Virus record (IMG/VR): IMGVR_UViG_3300007177_000042 | Reading direction: 5' to 3' (one strand) | Source of the DNA: a virus | Lineage: Duplodnaviria; Caudoviricetes | DNA: 64,000 nucleotides | Part shown: positions 13,698-23,947 of the stretch, piece after piece | Layout of the letters: each line of letters starts with the position of its first letter | How positions within the stretch are numbered: the first letter of the stretch is position 1 | Translations under genes and position numbers: made by a program | The notes under the pieces: model-generated | Told to the model about the DNA's origin: nothing | What the model saw: the letters and a program-made list of their open reading frames with translations, nothing else | Database searches by the model: none

Positions 13698-13997
13698 ATG
13701 ATTATTTGGTTATGTATTATTGGATTGGTGTTGCTATGTGTTTTGTCGGGCGTATTAACATATCTTCTTACCATTGCACAAAATAAAATTGACATTTATG
13801 AGGAATGGATATTAGAATTCAAGAATGATGTCAATGGTGTTTATCGACAATTGAAAAATATTGATGATAAAAACTTATTTGAAAAAGATGATGATGTTGG
13901 AGTCATTTTTTCAGAAATGTCCACCTTGATTGATAAATTAAATACCAGAATTAAAACCGATGTCAACACTAAAAAAGAAATCCAAGAAAACGAATAA
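13698..13997 (+). CDS. hypothetical protein with N-terminal TM helix
   Basis: Hydrophobic N-terminus, FEKDDDVG motif. Confidence 0.75.
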   Translation: MIIWLCIIGLVLLCVLSGVLTYLLTIAQNKIDIYEEWILEFKNDVNGVYRQLKNIDDKNLFEKDDDVGVIFSEMSTLIDKLNTRIKTDVNTKKEIQENE

Positions 13998-14850
13998 AGG
14001 ACTGAGTAACATTCTCAAAAAGAAAGTCACACAACCAAAAACTAAATTGGAGAAGAAATCAAAAAAACTCAAGGAAGACTGCAATCTGAAAATTGAGGAA
14101 CTTCCAATTCTGGAAGTAGAAAATATAGAAGATGTTGATCTTGAAACTACATCCTCGCCCAAGAAAAAGAAACTCATCAAAGAAAAGATGTACTTCACAT
14201 CTGTAACAGAGGATGCTATTATTCAATACAATCAAGAAGAAGATGCCAGTGTTCGTGATGAAATTTACAATACACAGATAAAATTTGCATTTGAAAAATT
14301 GGTGGAAAACGTTTTCAACACATTCAAATTCTGTTACTTTGAAACAAGTCCTATTGAAGTTCAAAAAGAAACCGTAGCTCACTTGGTCGCAAATATGCAC
14401 AAGTTTGAAAAAGGAAAAGGAAAAGCATTTAGTTATTTTAGCATCATTGCAAAGAACTATCTAATTTTTCAAAATAACACTAACTATAAACGGTTCAACC
14501 AACATGTTGAGATTGGCGAAGACAACGGAGAAAATACGTATAAACTTCAACAGGAAGACTCCCACTATAAGGAAGAACAAAGTCGAGAGTTTATTGATCT
14601 TATGGTGACATTTTGGGAAAAGAATATCTCTAAAATTTTCACCAAACAACGAGACATTAACATTGCAAATGCTGTAATTGAGTTGTTTAGAAATAGTGAT
14701 CGAATAGATGCTTTCAATAAAAAAGCATTGTATTTGTATATTAGGGAGATTTCTTCATGTAAGACTCAACAAATCACCAAAGTTATCAACAAAATGAAAA
14801 ACTATCAGGCAAATATTACCAGAATGTATGCGGATGAAGGAAGTATCTAA
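13960..14850 (+). CDS. phage RNA polymerase sigma-like factor (probably late, gp55-like role)
   Basis: YFTSVTEDAIIQY and KFEKGKGKAFSYFSIIAKNYLI resemble sigma region 2. Confidence 0.65.
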   Translation: MSTLKKKSKKTNKGLSNILKKKVTQPKTKLEKKSKKLKEDCNLKIEELPILEVENIEDVDLETTSSPKKKKLIKEKMYFTSVTEDAIIQYNQEEDASVRDEIYNTQIKFAFEKLVENVFNTFKFCYFETSPIEVQKETVAHLVANMHKFEKGKGKAFSYFSIIAKNYLIFQNNTNYKRFNQHVEIGEDNGENTYKLQQEDSHYKEEQSREFIDLMVTFWEKNISKIFTKQRDINIANAVIELFRNSDRIDAFNKKALYLYIREISSCKTQQITKVINKMKNYQANITRMYADEGSI

Positions 14851-14876
14851 TACACAATCTACAAAATAAAATAAGG

Positions 14877-14903
14877 AAAACCACTCAGTTTTGAGTGGTT
14901 TTT
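14877..14903 (+). terminator. intrinsic terminator
   Basis: AAAACCACTCA-GTTT-TGAGTGGTTTT. Confidence 0.8.
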
Positions 14904-14927
14904 CTATTTATACCATGAATTGTTGAT

Positions 14928-15305
14928 ATGGACAACGACATTGAGATATATAAAAACAAAAAGTTTTCGGATCTATGCAAGGATATTGTATCCAACTCTG
15001 AAAGCAGTCGTGATCAATTGGATATATTAATCAGCGACCTACGATTATTGGTTAAAACTCCAAATGATGCGTTGTTGATTGTACCACTAATCCGAGACTA
15101 TTTAGATGTAAGAGTAAGAAACGACGAACATTTGGTAAAACTTGCTGCTGTGATTCAAAAAATCATAACACGTCAATCCGTTAATGTTGACGGATCGATG
15201 GAAGGATTTGTTATTACGGAAGAAGAGAAACGACAGATTATGCAAGAGATCGAAGGAATTAAAATAGAAGCAGAAAAGCCGGTAAAACCCACTAAAGTAA
15301 AATGA
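14928..15305 (+). CDS. hypothetical protein
   Basis: 125-aa ORF after CTATTTATAC. Confidence 0.8.
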   Translation: MDNDIEIYKNKKFSDLCKDIVSNSESSRDQLDILISDLRLLVKTPNDALLIVPLIRDYLDVRVRNDEHLVKLAAVIQKIITRQSVNVDGSMEGFVITEEEKRQIMQEIEGIKIEAEKPVKPTKVK

Positions 15306-17023
15306 CAAATAATAATCCTTTACCAATGGATTTGTCAAAAGATACAAATCTATTGGCAACAAAAAAAGATGTTAAGTTTCTCTTACAAGATCAACGAGCA
15401 TGCGTTCAATATGAACCAGCGGTGGTTTTGGATATTATTTTGGATCAGGACCATCCAGAATTAACCGATAAAGGACATTACATTGATACCGGACAATGGC
15501 CAGAAAACTATATTGGTCAAAAAGCAAATGTAGATGATATCGACTATACATGGGTTGGCCGTGCCAAAATACGACTTTTGAATTCACAAACAAGTTTGCC
15601 AAAAGAAGGATTGTCATGGGCCATGCCTTTAGAAATTGGTATATCAGAGTATCCTTTGGTAAACGAAATTGTAGGTGTAATTGAGTATCAGGGAAATCTC
15701 TATTATACACGAAAAATTAATTACAGAAATTTCATCAACAATAACGCTGACATAGGTTTTGAATTGACATATGGTGGCGGAATGGGAAATCGTGAGGAAT
15801 TGTCTGATGAAAAAGACCCACAATTTGTAGACTACAAAGGACCGGTGAGTAAATTAACGGACGACGGGGGTTATGGATTTGAGGGTGCATTGGGTCGGTA
15901 CTTTTTACATAATCCAAATATTCGGTCACTAAAACGATTTGAAGGTGATACCGTATATGAAAGTCGATTTGGACAATCAATACGACTGGGTGCGTATGAT
16001 GATAACCGTGAAAATGACAAAGGATACAGCAATGTACCCGAAGAAAATTTCAACGGATATGATGATTATAACATAGGTAAAGGTAAGAAAAACAACTTCT
16101 ATAAAGGTAAGTTTTATGTTGGTGGTGGAAATCCAATGATGTTGTTTCGAAACCGCCAGAGACCATTAAAAAAGAACAGAGATATTCAATTACACCCACG
16201 TCTTCCAATTATACACAAAATCGACGAGGATGACAACGATAATCCGGAAAAAAACGTTGGAGGGTATCTGTTAGAAGACATTAATAATGATGGAACATCC
16301 ATACACATTACATCAGGATGTACCATTTCTAAATTTGTTACTACGTGTTACAAACGAATGTTTGGTGTCATCGGATCTGATACTGGTGAAGAAGTTGATG
16401 CGTTTTGTCCACCCAATGCTACGGAGTTTAAATATCCGATACTCAACAAAGATCAGTTTGTATTGAATACAGATAGAATCATACTCAGTAGTAGATTTGG
16501 AGAGACATTTCATTTTTCAAAACGACGATATGCAATTGTTACTGATTCGGAATATACTCTAGATGCTCATGATCAAGTGGTAATTACCACTCACAAAAAA
16601 GCAGTTATTAATGCGCCTGTAATTTTCTTGGGAGAATATAATCAAACCGGAGAGCCCGCTTTGCTGGGTCAAACCACTGTAGATTGGTTGTTTGATTTGT
16701 GTGAATGGCTTAAAACACATGTTCATTGGTACATCCACAGTCATCCTGATGCTGGTGGTGCAGATCCTAATTTTACACAAGTTCCAGTTCAGTTACTTGA
16801 TTTACAAGATTTAGAAAACCGATTAGATATATTGTTAAGCCGACGAGTATTTCTTACTGGCGGTGGATATGCTCCGGGTCAAGATGGTGTCCCAATCACT
16901 GATGGATCCGATCCTACGGTAATCAACACTATTACAGGTGAAGGTGTTCCGGGTGGATTCAACGGTGCGGATCGAAGAGGGCGACAAGAAACTGGAGAAT
17001 TGAATGTCAACAGTACAACATAA
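15302..17023 (+). CDS. baseplate hub/spike-like protein (gp5/gpV-like)
   Basis: YPLVNEIV, FEGD..YESRFGQSIRLG, beta-strand repeats, HVHWYIHSH apex-like motif; lies just before gp25. Confidence 0.6.
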   Translation: MTNNNPLPMDLSKDTNLLATKKDVKFLLQDQRACVQYEPAVVLDIILDQDHPELTDKGHYIDTGQWPENYIGQKANVDDIDYTWVGRAKIRLLNSQTSLPKEGLSWAMPLEIGISEYPLVNEIVGVIEYQGNLYYTRKINYRNFINNNADIGFELTYGGGMGNREELSDEKDPQFVDYKGPVSKLTDDGGYGFEGALGRYFLHNPNIRSLKRFEGDTVYESRFGQSIRLGAYDDNRENDKGYSNVPEENFNGYDDYNIGKGKKNNFYKGKFYVGGGNPMMLFRNRQRPLKKNRDIQLHPRLPIIHKIDEDDNDNPEKNVGGYLLEDINNDGTSIHITSGCTISKFVTTCYKRMFGVIGSDTGEEVDAFCPPNATEFKYPILNKDQFVLNTDRIILSSRFGETFHFSKRRYAIVTDSEYTLDAHDQVVITTHKKAVINAPVIFLGEYNQTGEPALLGQTTVDWLFDLCEWLKTHVHWYIHSHPDAGGADPNFTQVPVQLLDLQDLENRLDILLSRRVFLTGGGYAPGQDGVPITDGSDPTVINTITGEGVPGGFNGADRRGRQETGELNVNSTT

Positions 17024-17063
17024 CTAGTGTTTCTACGTCGTATTTTCATATTTATCAATTACT

Positions 17064-17504
17064 ATGACCAAAGAATCTTTAAAACAATTGATCAGAGAGA
17101 TTGTCCAAGAAGAAATTAAACAAACTCTTCCGACAGTTCTTCCACAGATTATGGCTGAAATCTTCACTGGTAAGGGTCAACAGACGACTTCCACGTTAAA
17201 GAATGAAGTTAAAAAGCAACAAACAACAAATACTGTTGTTGAGAAGCCGAAGAAGGAATTAAAAGTATATACAAAAAATGAAATTCTTAACAAGGTTTTG
17301 AATGAAACTGTGGGTGGTGTTCCTCAAGAAGGTTCTTTAGTAGCATCGGGGATGGGTCAATCTACAGTATCCGTTATGGACCACGTTGATAAAGTACCAG
17401 AACCCGTATCAAAGGCATTAACCAGAAACTATTCGTCGTTGCTTAAGGCAATGGATAGGAAACGAGGGTCTACATCTGGTAGTAACCTAGTCGGAATGAT
17501 GTAA
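17064..17504 (+). CDS. hypothetical virion-associated protein
   Basis: N-terminal LKQLIREIVQEE motif. Confidence 0.75.
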   Translation: MTKESLKQLIREIVQEEIKQTLPTVLPQIMAEIFTGKGQQTTSTLKNEVKKQQTTNTVVEKPKKELKVYTKNEILNKVLNETVGGVPQEGSLVASGMGQSTVSVMDHVDKVPEPVSKALTRNYSSLLKAMDRKRGSTSGSNLVGMM

Positions 17505-17505
17505 T

Positions 17506-17895
17506 ATGGCTAACTTGTATCCACTCGGGTTGACTTTACCTATTCAAAACGGGTCTGGTGGATTTTTTGCTCAAACAACATATACACTGGAACAGGTAAA
17601 GACCAACATAATCAATCTGTTGAATACCCGAAAGGGAGAAAGACGTATGCAGCCTACGTTTGGTCATTCTCTTAACAAGTTTGTATTTGATCAAAATGAT
17701 GCTACTTTGCCACAACGTGTAAAACAATCACTTACCAACGATATAAACTATTGGGTACCTGTTGCTAATATAGATAATATCGAGATAAAAGTCCTAAAAA
17801 AGGAAGATGTGGATATTTATAGACTATACATCAATTTGACCATATCTGTAAATAATGATCAAGCCTCAATTGAGATGTTTTTGGAAAATAACTAA
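17506..17895 (+). CDS. gp25: baseplate wedge subunit, gp25/GPW-like
   Basis: IINLLNTRKGERRMQPTFG signature. Confidence 0.88.
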   Translation: MANLYPLGLTLPIQNGSGGFFAQTTYTLEQVKTNIINLLNTRKGERRMQPTFGHSLNKFVFDQNDATLPQRVKQSLTNDINYWVPVANIDNIEIKVLKKEDVDIYRLYINLTISVNNDQASIEMFLENN

Positions 17896-17897
17896 TT

Positions 17898-19853
17898 ATG
17901 GCGTCTACTACACAAAAAACGTTCAAACCCTTGACTAACAAGGACGTGTCTTATTTGAATCGTGATTTTTCACAGTTCAAGAAGAACCTCATTGATTATA
18001 CCAAGTCATACTTTCCAAAAAACTATCAGGATTTTTCAGATTCTTCACCGGGAACGATTTTTATCGACATGGCATCATATGTAGGTGATGTACTTGGTTT
18101 TTATTTGGATCAACAGTTCAAGGAAAGTTTGTTTCCATATACAGAAGAAAAGAAAAATGTAATTGCTCTGGCTAAGTTTTTAGGATACAAACCAAAAGTA
18201 TCACGACCTTCTCTTACAAATTTTGATGTATATCAGATTATACCATCAATAAAAGACAACTCTGGTAATTATGTTCCAGACAATAAATATGCTCTACGCA
18301 TCAAGGAGGGTATGCAGTTGGTTAATAGCGCGGGATCATACTTTGTTACAACTGATTTGATCGACTTTGCTGTAGATAGTGTCAATTCATCAAGAGAAGT
18401 GTCTGTAAGTGCTAGAGACGACTATGGAATTCCACAATTCTTTTTGATCAAAAAGACCGTCAATGGCATATCCGGAAAAATCGTACAAAAAACTTTTATT
18501 GTGGCAGAAAATAAACCATACTACAAGTTATACTTGGATGAAAAGAATGTATTGGAGATACTAGACGTTCGTGATCAAGACAATACAAAATGGTATGAAG
18601 TTGATTACTTGGCTCAAGATGTGGTGTTGACATCATATGAAAATTCATCACTAAATGACGACCGTTATATTCAGTATCAGTCGTCGGTTCCAAATATACT
18701 AAAACTTTTGCGTACGCAAAGAAAATTTACAACCAACATTAATTCCGATGATCTTACGTATTTGGAGTTTGGACCGGGCAATGAAGGAGTAAACGATGAA
18801 GTGATTGTTCCATCGGCTGAAATACTAGGTGTTAGTCTTAGTAATCTAAGAACACTAAATGTTTCCGTTGATCCAACAAATATTATCAATTCAGATTCAT
18901 TCGGAATATATCCAAAAAAAGACACACAATTTATTGTCAGATATTTGGTAGGCGGAGGCATCGAATCCAATAGTCAAACAGGAGATATTAAAAACATTGT
19001 TAGTGTTGAATACGAAAACGATTTAACTTTATTGACCACCGCTGAACAAAACTTGTTTCAGGTGGTGAAGAACTCTTTGGCTGTGGAAAATAATGTTCCA
19101 GCTGTCGGAGGCGACGGACCAGAATCATCTGATGAAATCAAACAAAATGCCACAGCATTTTTCTCTGCACAAAATCGTGTGGTTACAGCGGATGATTATA
19201 TTTCTCGCGTATATGCAATGCCTGCCAAATTTGGTTCTATAGCTAAAGCCACTGTCATATCTGATAATAATTTGAATGCAAATTCAATCGTAAGTGGTGT
19301 GTTGACGCAAGAAAATACGGTTAAATCTGATCGTGTAATCAGTGGTAATTTGAAAAATCCATTTTCAATTAACATATATTTGCTTTCATACGATCAAAAC
19401 AAAAACTTGACCAAACCAAACGTAGCATTGTTAAACAATGTTAGACAATATCTTAGCTTATATAGAATGATGACCGATGGTATCAATTTAATAGAAGGTT
19501 ATGTTGTTAATGTGGGGGTTGAGTTTAGAATTGTAACATACAATAACTTTAACAAAAAAGAAGTATTAGTTAATTGTGTAAACGCTGTCAAACAATTTTT
19601 TAATATTGATTTGTGGGGTTTTTCACAACCAATCAATTTGAGTCAGTTGGAGCTTGAGATTGCAAAGGTTGAAGGAGTTCAGTCAGTTGCTTATCTCAAA
19701 TTGTCTAATTTGACTACAAAAGATGGCGAATATTCTCCTATTGAATACAACATTGATGCAGCAACGGTAAATAAAATTGTTTATCCATCGTTGGATCCGT
19801 GTGTATTTGAATTGAAATATCCAGACGTAGACATAAAAGCAACAGCAGTATAA
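17898..19853 (+). CDS. baseplate wedge subunit, gp6/baseplate-J-like
   Basis: YLNRDFSQFK..L, DFSDSSPG, AQNRVVTADDY, GGDGPES. Confidence 0.85.
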   Translation: MASTTQKTFKPLTNKDVSYLNRDFSQFKKNLIDYTKSYFPKNYQDFSDSSPGTIFIDMASYVGDVLGFYLDQQFKESLFPYTEEKKNVIALAKFLGYKPKVSRPSLTNFDVYQIIPSIKDNSGNYVPDNKYALRIKEGMQLVNSAGSYFVTTDLIDFAVDSVNSSREVSVSARDDYGIPQFFLIKKTVNGISGKIVQKTFIVAENKPYYKLYLDEKNVLEILDVRDQDNTKWYEVDYLAQDVVLTSYENSSLNDDRYIQYQSSVPNILKLLRTQRKFTTNINSDDLTYLEFGPGNEGVNDEVIVPSAEILGVSLSNLRTLNVSVDPTNIINSDSFGIYPKKDTQFIVRYLVGGGIESNSQTGDIKNIVSVEYENDLTLLTTAEQNLFQVVKNSLAVENNVPAVGGDGPESSDEIKQNATAFFSAQNRVVTADDYISRVYAMPAKFGSIAKATVISDNNLNANSIVSGVLTQENTVKSDRVISGNLKNPFSINIYLLSYDQNKNLTKPNVALLNNVRQYLSLYRMMTDGINLIEGYVVNVGVEFRIVTYNNFNKKEVLVNCVNAVKQFFNIDLWGFSQPINLSQLELEIAKVEGVQSVAYLKLSNLTTKDGEYSPIEYNIDAATVNKIVYPSLDPCVFELKYPDVDIKATAV

Positions 19854-19854
19854 T

Positions 19855-22314
19855 ATGCACCATTTCATATTTCCATCAAAAGACACCTACATAACCAATC
19901 TCAACGGATTGGAAAATAAAAACTTTGGTATTGATGAAATACTAACTGTGGCCGGTCAGTCATATACAATCAATTCTATAACCAAATATCAGTCGGCTAG
20001 TATTTCATCATCTGGTACGTTTTTGGAAAATCTGATAAACTTCACAGGGTCCGTTGATGCATATTTTTCGGGCAGTACGGTAAATACTATCATTTCTGAT
20101 ATTTCCACTGAAACTACCGTTGTTAATGGTACGGTTATTGGATATGTAAATCCCACAGAAATCTCTCATTCTAACTTTACTACATCCAACTTTACCGGAA
20201 CTTTTACTGGTAGTTTGTATGGTTATGTATCATCGGCTACAATAAATGGTACAACGTACACAAATCAATTGGTGTCCACACTTAATAATGTTAGCGGCAG
20301 TGTCACACAATTGTCGGGAAGTCTTTCAGGATCAGCAATTTTAGGACAAATTTCTGGTAGTTTGACCGGAGTTGTTCATGAATTTTCTGGTAGCATGAAT
20401 TTGGTATCAGGAACGTTATTAGGATCGGTTGTCGGGTCGTATTCATATTACAACCCAAGATTTAAGACAACAACAAAATCCTCTTTATCACGAACGATGT
20501 TAAAGTTTAATATCACATCAATATCAAGTTCGATACGAAATGGTGATATTCAAGATCCTAAATTTGTTCTGAGACTAAATGTTTTGGAACAACAAGAACT
20601 TCCATTCGAATACACCGTTTATGCATATCCGATCAGTCAAAGTTGGGAAATGGGCGATGGAAGATTCGCTGAATATGGATCGGATTTGGGTGCAAGTTGG
20701 AACTACAGAAACGTAAGTGGTGGTCAATTGTGGCATGGATTGAATCCGACCACTATTACGGGTAATTATTTAACCAGTTCTGCATACAAAGAACAAGTAT
20801 TCAATAATGGCGGGGCTACTTGGTATTACAGTATTCCAAATACATTTGTAGAACCAACATCAAGTATATCTACATCATTTTTTACCGTAGAATCGTCGTC
20901 GCCTACATTCGAACAACAGTATTCCTCAAGTTTATCTTCAAATCTGTCATCTAGTTTCAATAACATATTGTCATCGAGTTTGTATTCTGTTATTTCAGAA
21001 TCAAATGCATATCAAACAAATGTAGACAATGCATATGATTTATTGACATCGATTGCAGATCCTACATATCAAAATACCTCAAGCAGTATTGCTGATTATT
21101 TACTCACTGTCAATACAACCGCGTCGGTCCCATGTAATAGCTGTTCATTGTATCAACAAGAATACAGTTCAAGCACATTATTTGTAAACCACTTGAGTGC
21201 TAGTATTCAAACTATTCTTCACGATTCTTCTTCAGCAAAATCATATGGTGATTTGGCATCAACGTATTATTTGCAACTGTCAAGTAGTATGTATGGATCT
21301 TCACCGACGACATTTAATCAAGTATACACAATACTAAACGGATGGGTAGCAAATGCTGATTCTGCTAGTTTGTATGCTACAAATGTTAATAACACATATT
21401 TGGATTTTTCATCGAGTCTATCAGATATGTTAGGGACCACGGATCCTTATTTGATTTATGTGAGTCAGAGTATGTCACCGTCGTTAGTTACCAGTTCGTT
21501 AAGTTTATTGAACGCACAGTTTTCTTCTAGTGCTACAGATGCATTTTCATCGAGTCTAATTGAATATATCAACAATCAAATATCTATCGTTGAGACACAA
21601 ACATCATCAAGTGTTTCCGGGTCACTGACACAATCATTCACGGCGCCATTTTATGATTCAATTGTAGCAGGTGGGTCATTGATAACCTCTCAAAGTTTTG
21701 ATTATGAATCATCTGATATTAAGATGGATATTACTCCTATCGTAAAATCGTGGATTGCAGGGGCAATTCCAAACGAAGGACTGATTTTGCTTACATCCGA
21801 AGAACTCACCGTAAATACGTCGTCAAACGGAATGTTGGGATTCTACAGCAAAGAAACCAATACAATTTATTCCCCTCATATTGATGTAGTATGGGACGAC
21901 AGTACATTTGTTACAAGCAGTTTACAACCATTGGACACCGATGTTCCTTATGTTGTCACCGTCAAAAATCTTAAAAAAGAATATCAACACGATAGTGTTG
22001 TCAGAATAAATGTTTTTGCTAGAGACAAATTTCCACTCAAGAATTTTGTTAAAGCAACACAACAATCTGCACATCTAACACCAAAATATCTACCAGAAAC
22101 TACTTATTATTCTATACGAGATACAGAAACAGAAGAAGTCATTATTGATTTCGACGAAGGTACTAAATTAAGCTGTGATTCAAATGGTAACTATTTTATG
22201 TTAGACATGACGGGTCTTCCACAAGAAAGATATTTCAAGATTCTCATAAAGACTGTCATAAATGGAGCCGTCGAAGTGACAGATAACAATACTTATTTCA
22301 AAGTTGTTCGATAA
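19855..22314 (+). CDS. virion structural protein with long Ser/Thr-rich inserts
   Basis: Conserved-looking ends (FIFPSKDTYI...NFGIDEIL; FYSKETNTIYSPHI...WDD) around low-complexity S/T tracts. Confidence 0.7.
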   Translation: MHHFIFPSKDTYITNLNGLENKNFGIDEILTVAGQSYTINSITKYQSASISSSGTFLENLINFTGSVDAYFSGSTVNTIISDISTETTVVNGTVIGYVNPTEISHSNFTTSNFTGTFTGSLYGYVSSATINGTTYTNQLVSTLNNVSGSVTQLSGSLSGSAILGQISGSLTGVVHEFSGSMNLVSGTLLGSVVGSYSYYNPRFKTTTKSSLSRTMLKFNITSISSSIRNGDIQDPKFVLRLNVLEQQELPFEYTVYAYPISQSWEMGDGRFAEYGSDLGASWNYRNVSGGQLWHGLNPTTITGNYLTSSAYKEQVFNNGGATWYYSIPNTFVEPTSSISTSFFTVESSSPTFEQQYSSSLSSNLSSSFNNILSSSLYSVISESNAYQTNVDNAYDLLTSIADPTYQNTSSSIADYLLTVNTTASVPCNSCSLYQQEYSSSTLFVNHLSASIQTILHDSSSAKSYGDLASTYYLQLSSSMYGSSPTTFNQVYTILNGWVANADSASLYATNVNNTYLDFSSSLSDMLGTTDPYLIYVSQSMSPSLVTSSLSLLNAQFSSSATDAFSSSLIEYINNQISIVETQTSSSVSGSLTQSFTAPFYDSIVAGGSLITSQSFDYESSDIKMDITPIVKSWIAGAIPNEGLILLTSEELTVNTSSNGMLGFYSKETNTIYSPHIDVVWDDSTFVTSSLQPLDTDVPYVVTVKNLKKEYQHDSVVRINVFARDKFPLKNFVKATQQSAHLTPKYLPETTYYSIRDTETEEVIIDFDEGTKLSCDSNGNYFMLDMTGLPQERYFKILIKTVINGAVEVTDNNTYFKVVR

Positions 22315-23945
22315 TGAATGCAACACAAAGTAATTTTACAAATACAGGTGAATATAACAATCAGTTTGACGAATTCGGAAACTTAATCATAATTGAGGGA
22401 TCCGAAAAATATCTTGCTGTTGTGTTGACCGACGAGGTATTTGATAACAATTCGGTTTCAAATATTTTTACGGTTGATATTGAAGAGTTTAAAGATGTGG
22501 TTTCTACACCAAATCCTAAAGTTGTTGCACTTGAATCCGAAAAGTCTTTATTACAAAAGAAAATTTCCGATTTAACGTCACAACTTTCAAAATCAAATCC
22601 TTCGGAAAAAGAGGCATTGGTTAATGCTAGCAAAAATGTGATTATATCCCTTCGTATAAAAGCCGGAGAAGGGCAATTTCCAGAGGATTTTAATTCTTCT
22701 TTCCCATATTTGCCGTTGTATTCAAATGAGGCAAAAAGTTCAGATGCATCAGGAATTAACTCGTCACCAGAACAACAAACATCATCTACACAAAATACAA
22801 CACAGACTGTTTCATCCGTATCAAATTCTGTGACATCTGATTTGGTGGTTGGTGATGCGTGTCCAAAACAGATTGATTTGCAACTTGTTCCACCAACTGA
22901 ATATAAAACGCCCGGCCCTTTACCAGTTCTTCCAAAAGCACCGGATCTTCCGAAGCCAATGGCACAACCAACAGTTGTACAAATGCCTATACATCAAATG
23001 GCTGTACAATCTGTTTCTCCAGCCACAGAAGAACCATGTGCAGAAAAATTCTATCAATATGGAAAATACAATGGTATATGGGAGTCTCTTGGACTACCAA
23101 CTAGTCCTTTGATATCAATCTATGGTGTTTATAGTACAAAAGTTACTGAATCTTATACGCAAGAATCGTCAGATACACTTTCATATCAAGTCTACATTCC
23201 AAATGATGGCGACTATACTATTAAGTTCTCAGCCGATAATTCTGGATATATAGATATTGATGGTGTACGTATGATTGATTTGAGTAATGTGACGAGTGCA
23301 TCACCATACAATACACAAGTTTCTGCTTATTTGGATGATCATTCTGTTACTAAACCATTGACTGCCGGTTGGAAAACTGTAAATTTGTTTTACAAAAACT
23401 GGGGCGGACCACACTCGGTTGCGGCGACCATATCATATCAAGGGCGTTTGATTTGGACTTCAAGACAGGCATATAATGCTAAAGACTATAAAGAGTGTCG
23501 TGGTAGTGTCGAATCTCCATCAAAGTTTAGTTGTAGTAACCCATCATCAACTAAAGTATATAGTTTTGAAGGAAACGTCGATGCTACGTTGAAAATTACT
23601 CTTAAAGGAAAGACTGTATCATATAGCAATGAAGCTAACCATGGTATTTTGAGAAAGACATCTACCTTTTTCAATGATGGATTGGACACTATTGAACCGG
23701 GATTGACGTTAAAAATGATCAGTGGACGTGGATCAGCAACTATTTCTCAACAACCATTATCAACAAACAATTATACAGCCATCATTGATATCACTGATCG
23801 AGAAGGCGGTGAAGACAACTATAAGTTTGAGTTATATCAAGTATGTTGTCCATCGTCAGCATCTCCTATTATATTAGTAGATGATTCTGCTTCTAGACTT
23901 AGAACTCGACAATCAAATGATAGATTCAATACAAGAAGACTTTAA
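22314..23945 (+). CDS. hypothetical virion protein with Pro-rich linker and PA14-like domain
   Basis: DGDYTIKFSADNSGYIDIDG...LTAGWKTVNLFY resembles PA14. Confidence 0.55.
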   Translation: MNATQSNFTNTGEYNNQFDEFGNLIIIEGSEKYLAVVLTDEVFDNNSVSNIFTVDIEEFKDVVSTPNPKVVALESEKSLLQKKISDLTSQLSKSNPSEKEALVNASKNVIISLRIKAGEGQFPEDFNSSFPYLPLYSNEAKSSDASGINSSPEQQTSSTQNTTQTVSSVSNSVTSDLVVGDACPKQIDLQLVPPTEYKTPGPLPVLPKAPDLPKPMAQPTVVQMPIHQMAVQSVSPATEEPCAEKFYQYGKYNGIWESLGLPTSPLISIYGVYSTKVTESYTQESSDTLSYQVYIPNDGDYTIKFSADNSGYIDIDGVRMIDLSNVTSASPYNTQVSAYLDDHSVTKPLTAGWKTVNLFYKNWGGPHSVAATISYQGRLIWTSRQAYNAKDYKECRGSVESPSKFSCSNPSSTKVYSFEGNVDATLKITLKGKTVSYSNEANHGILRKTSTFFNDGLDTIEPGLTLKMISGRGSATISQQPLSTNNYTAIIDITDREGGEDNYKFELYQVCCPSSASPIILVDDSASRLRTRQSNDRFNTRRL

Positions 23946-23947
23946 TT

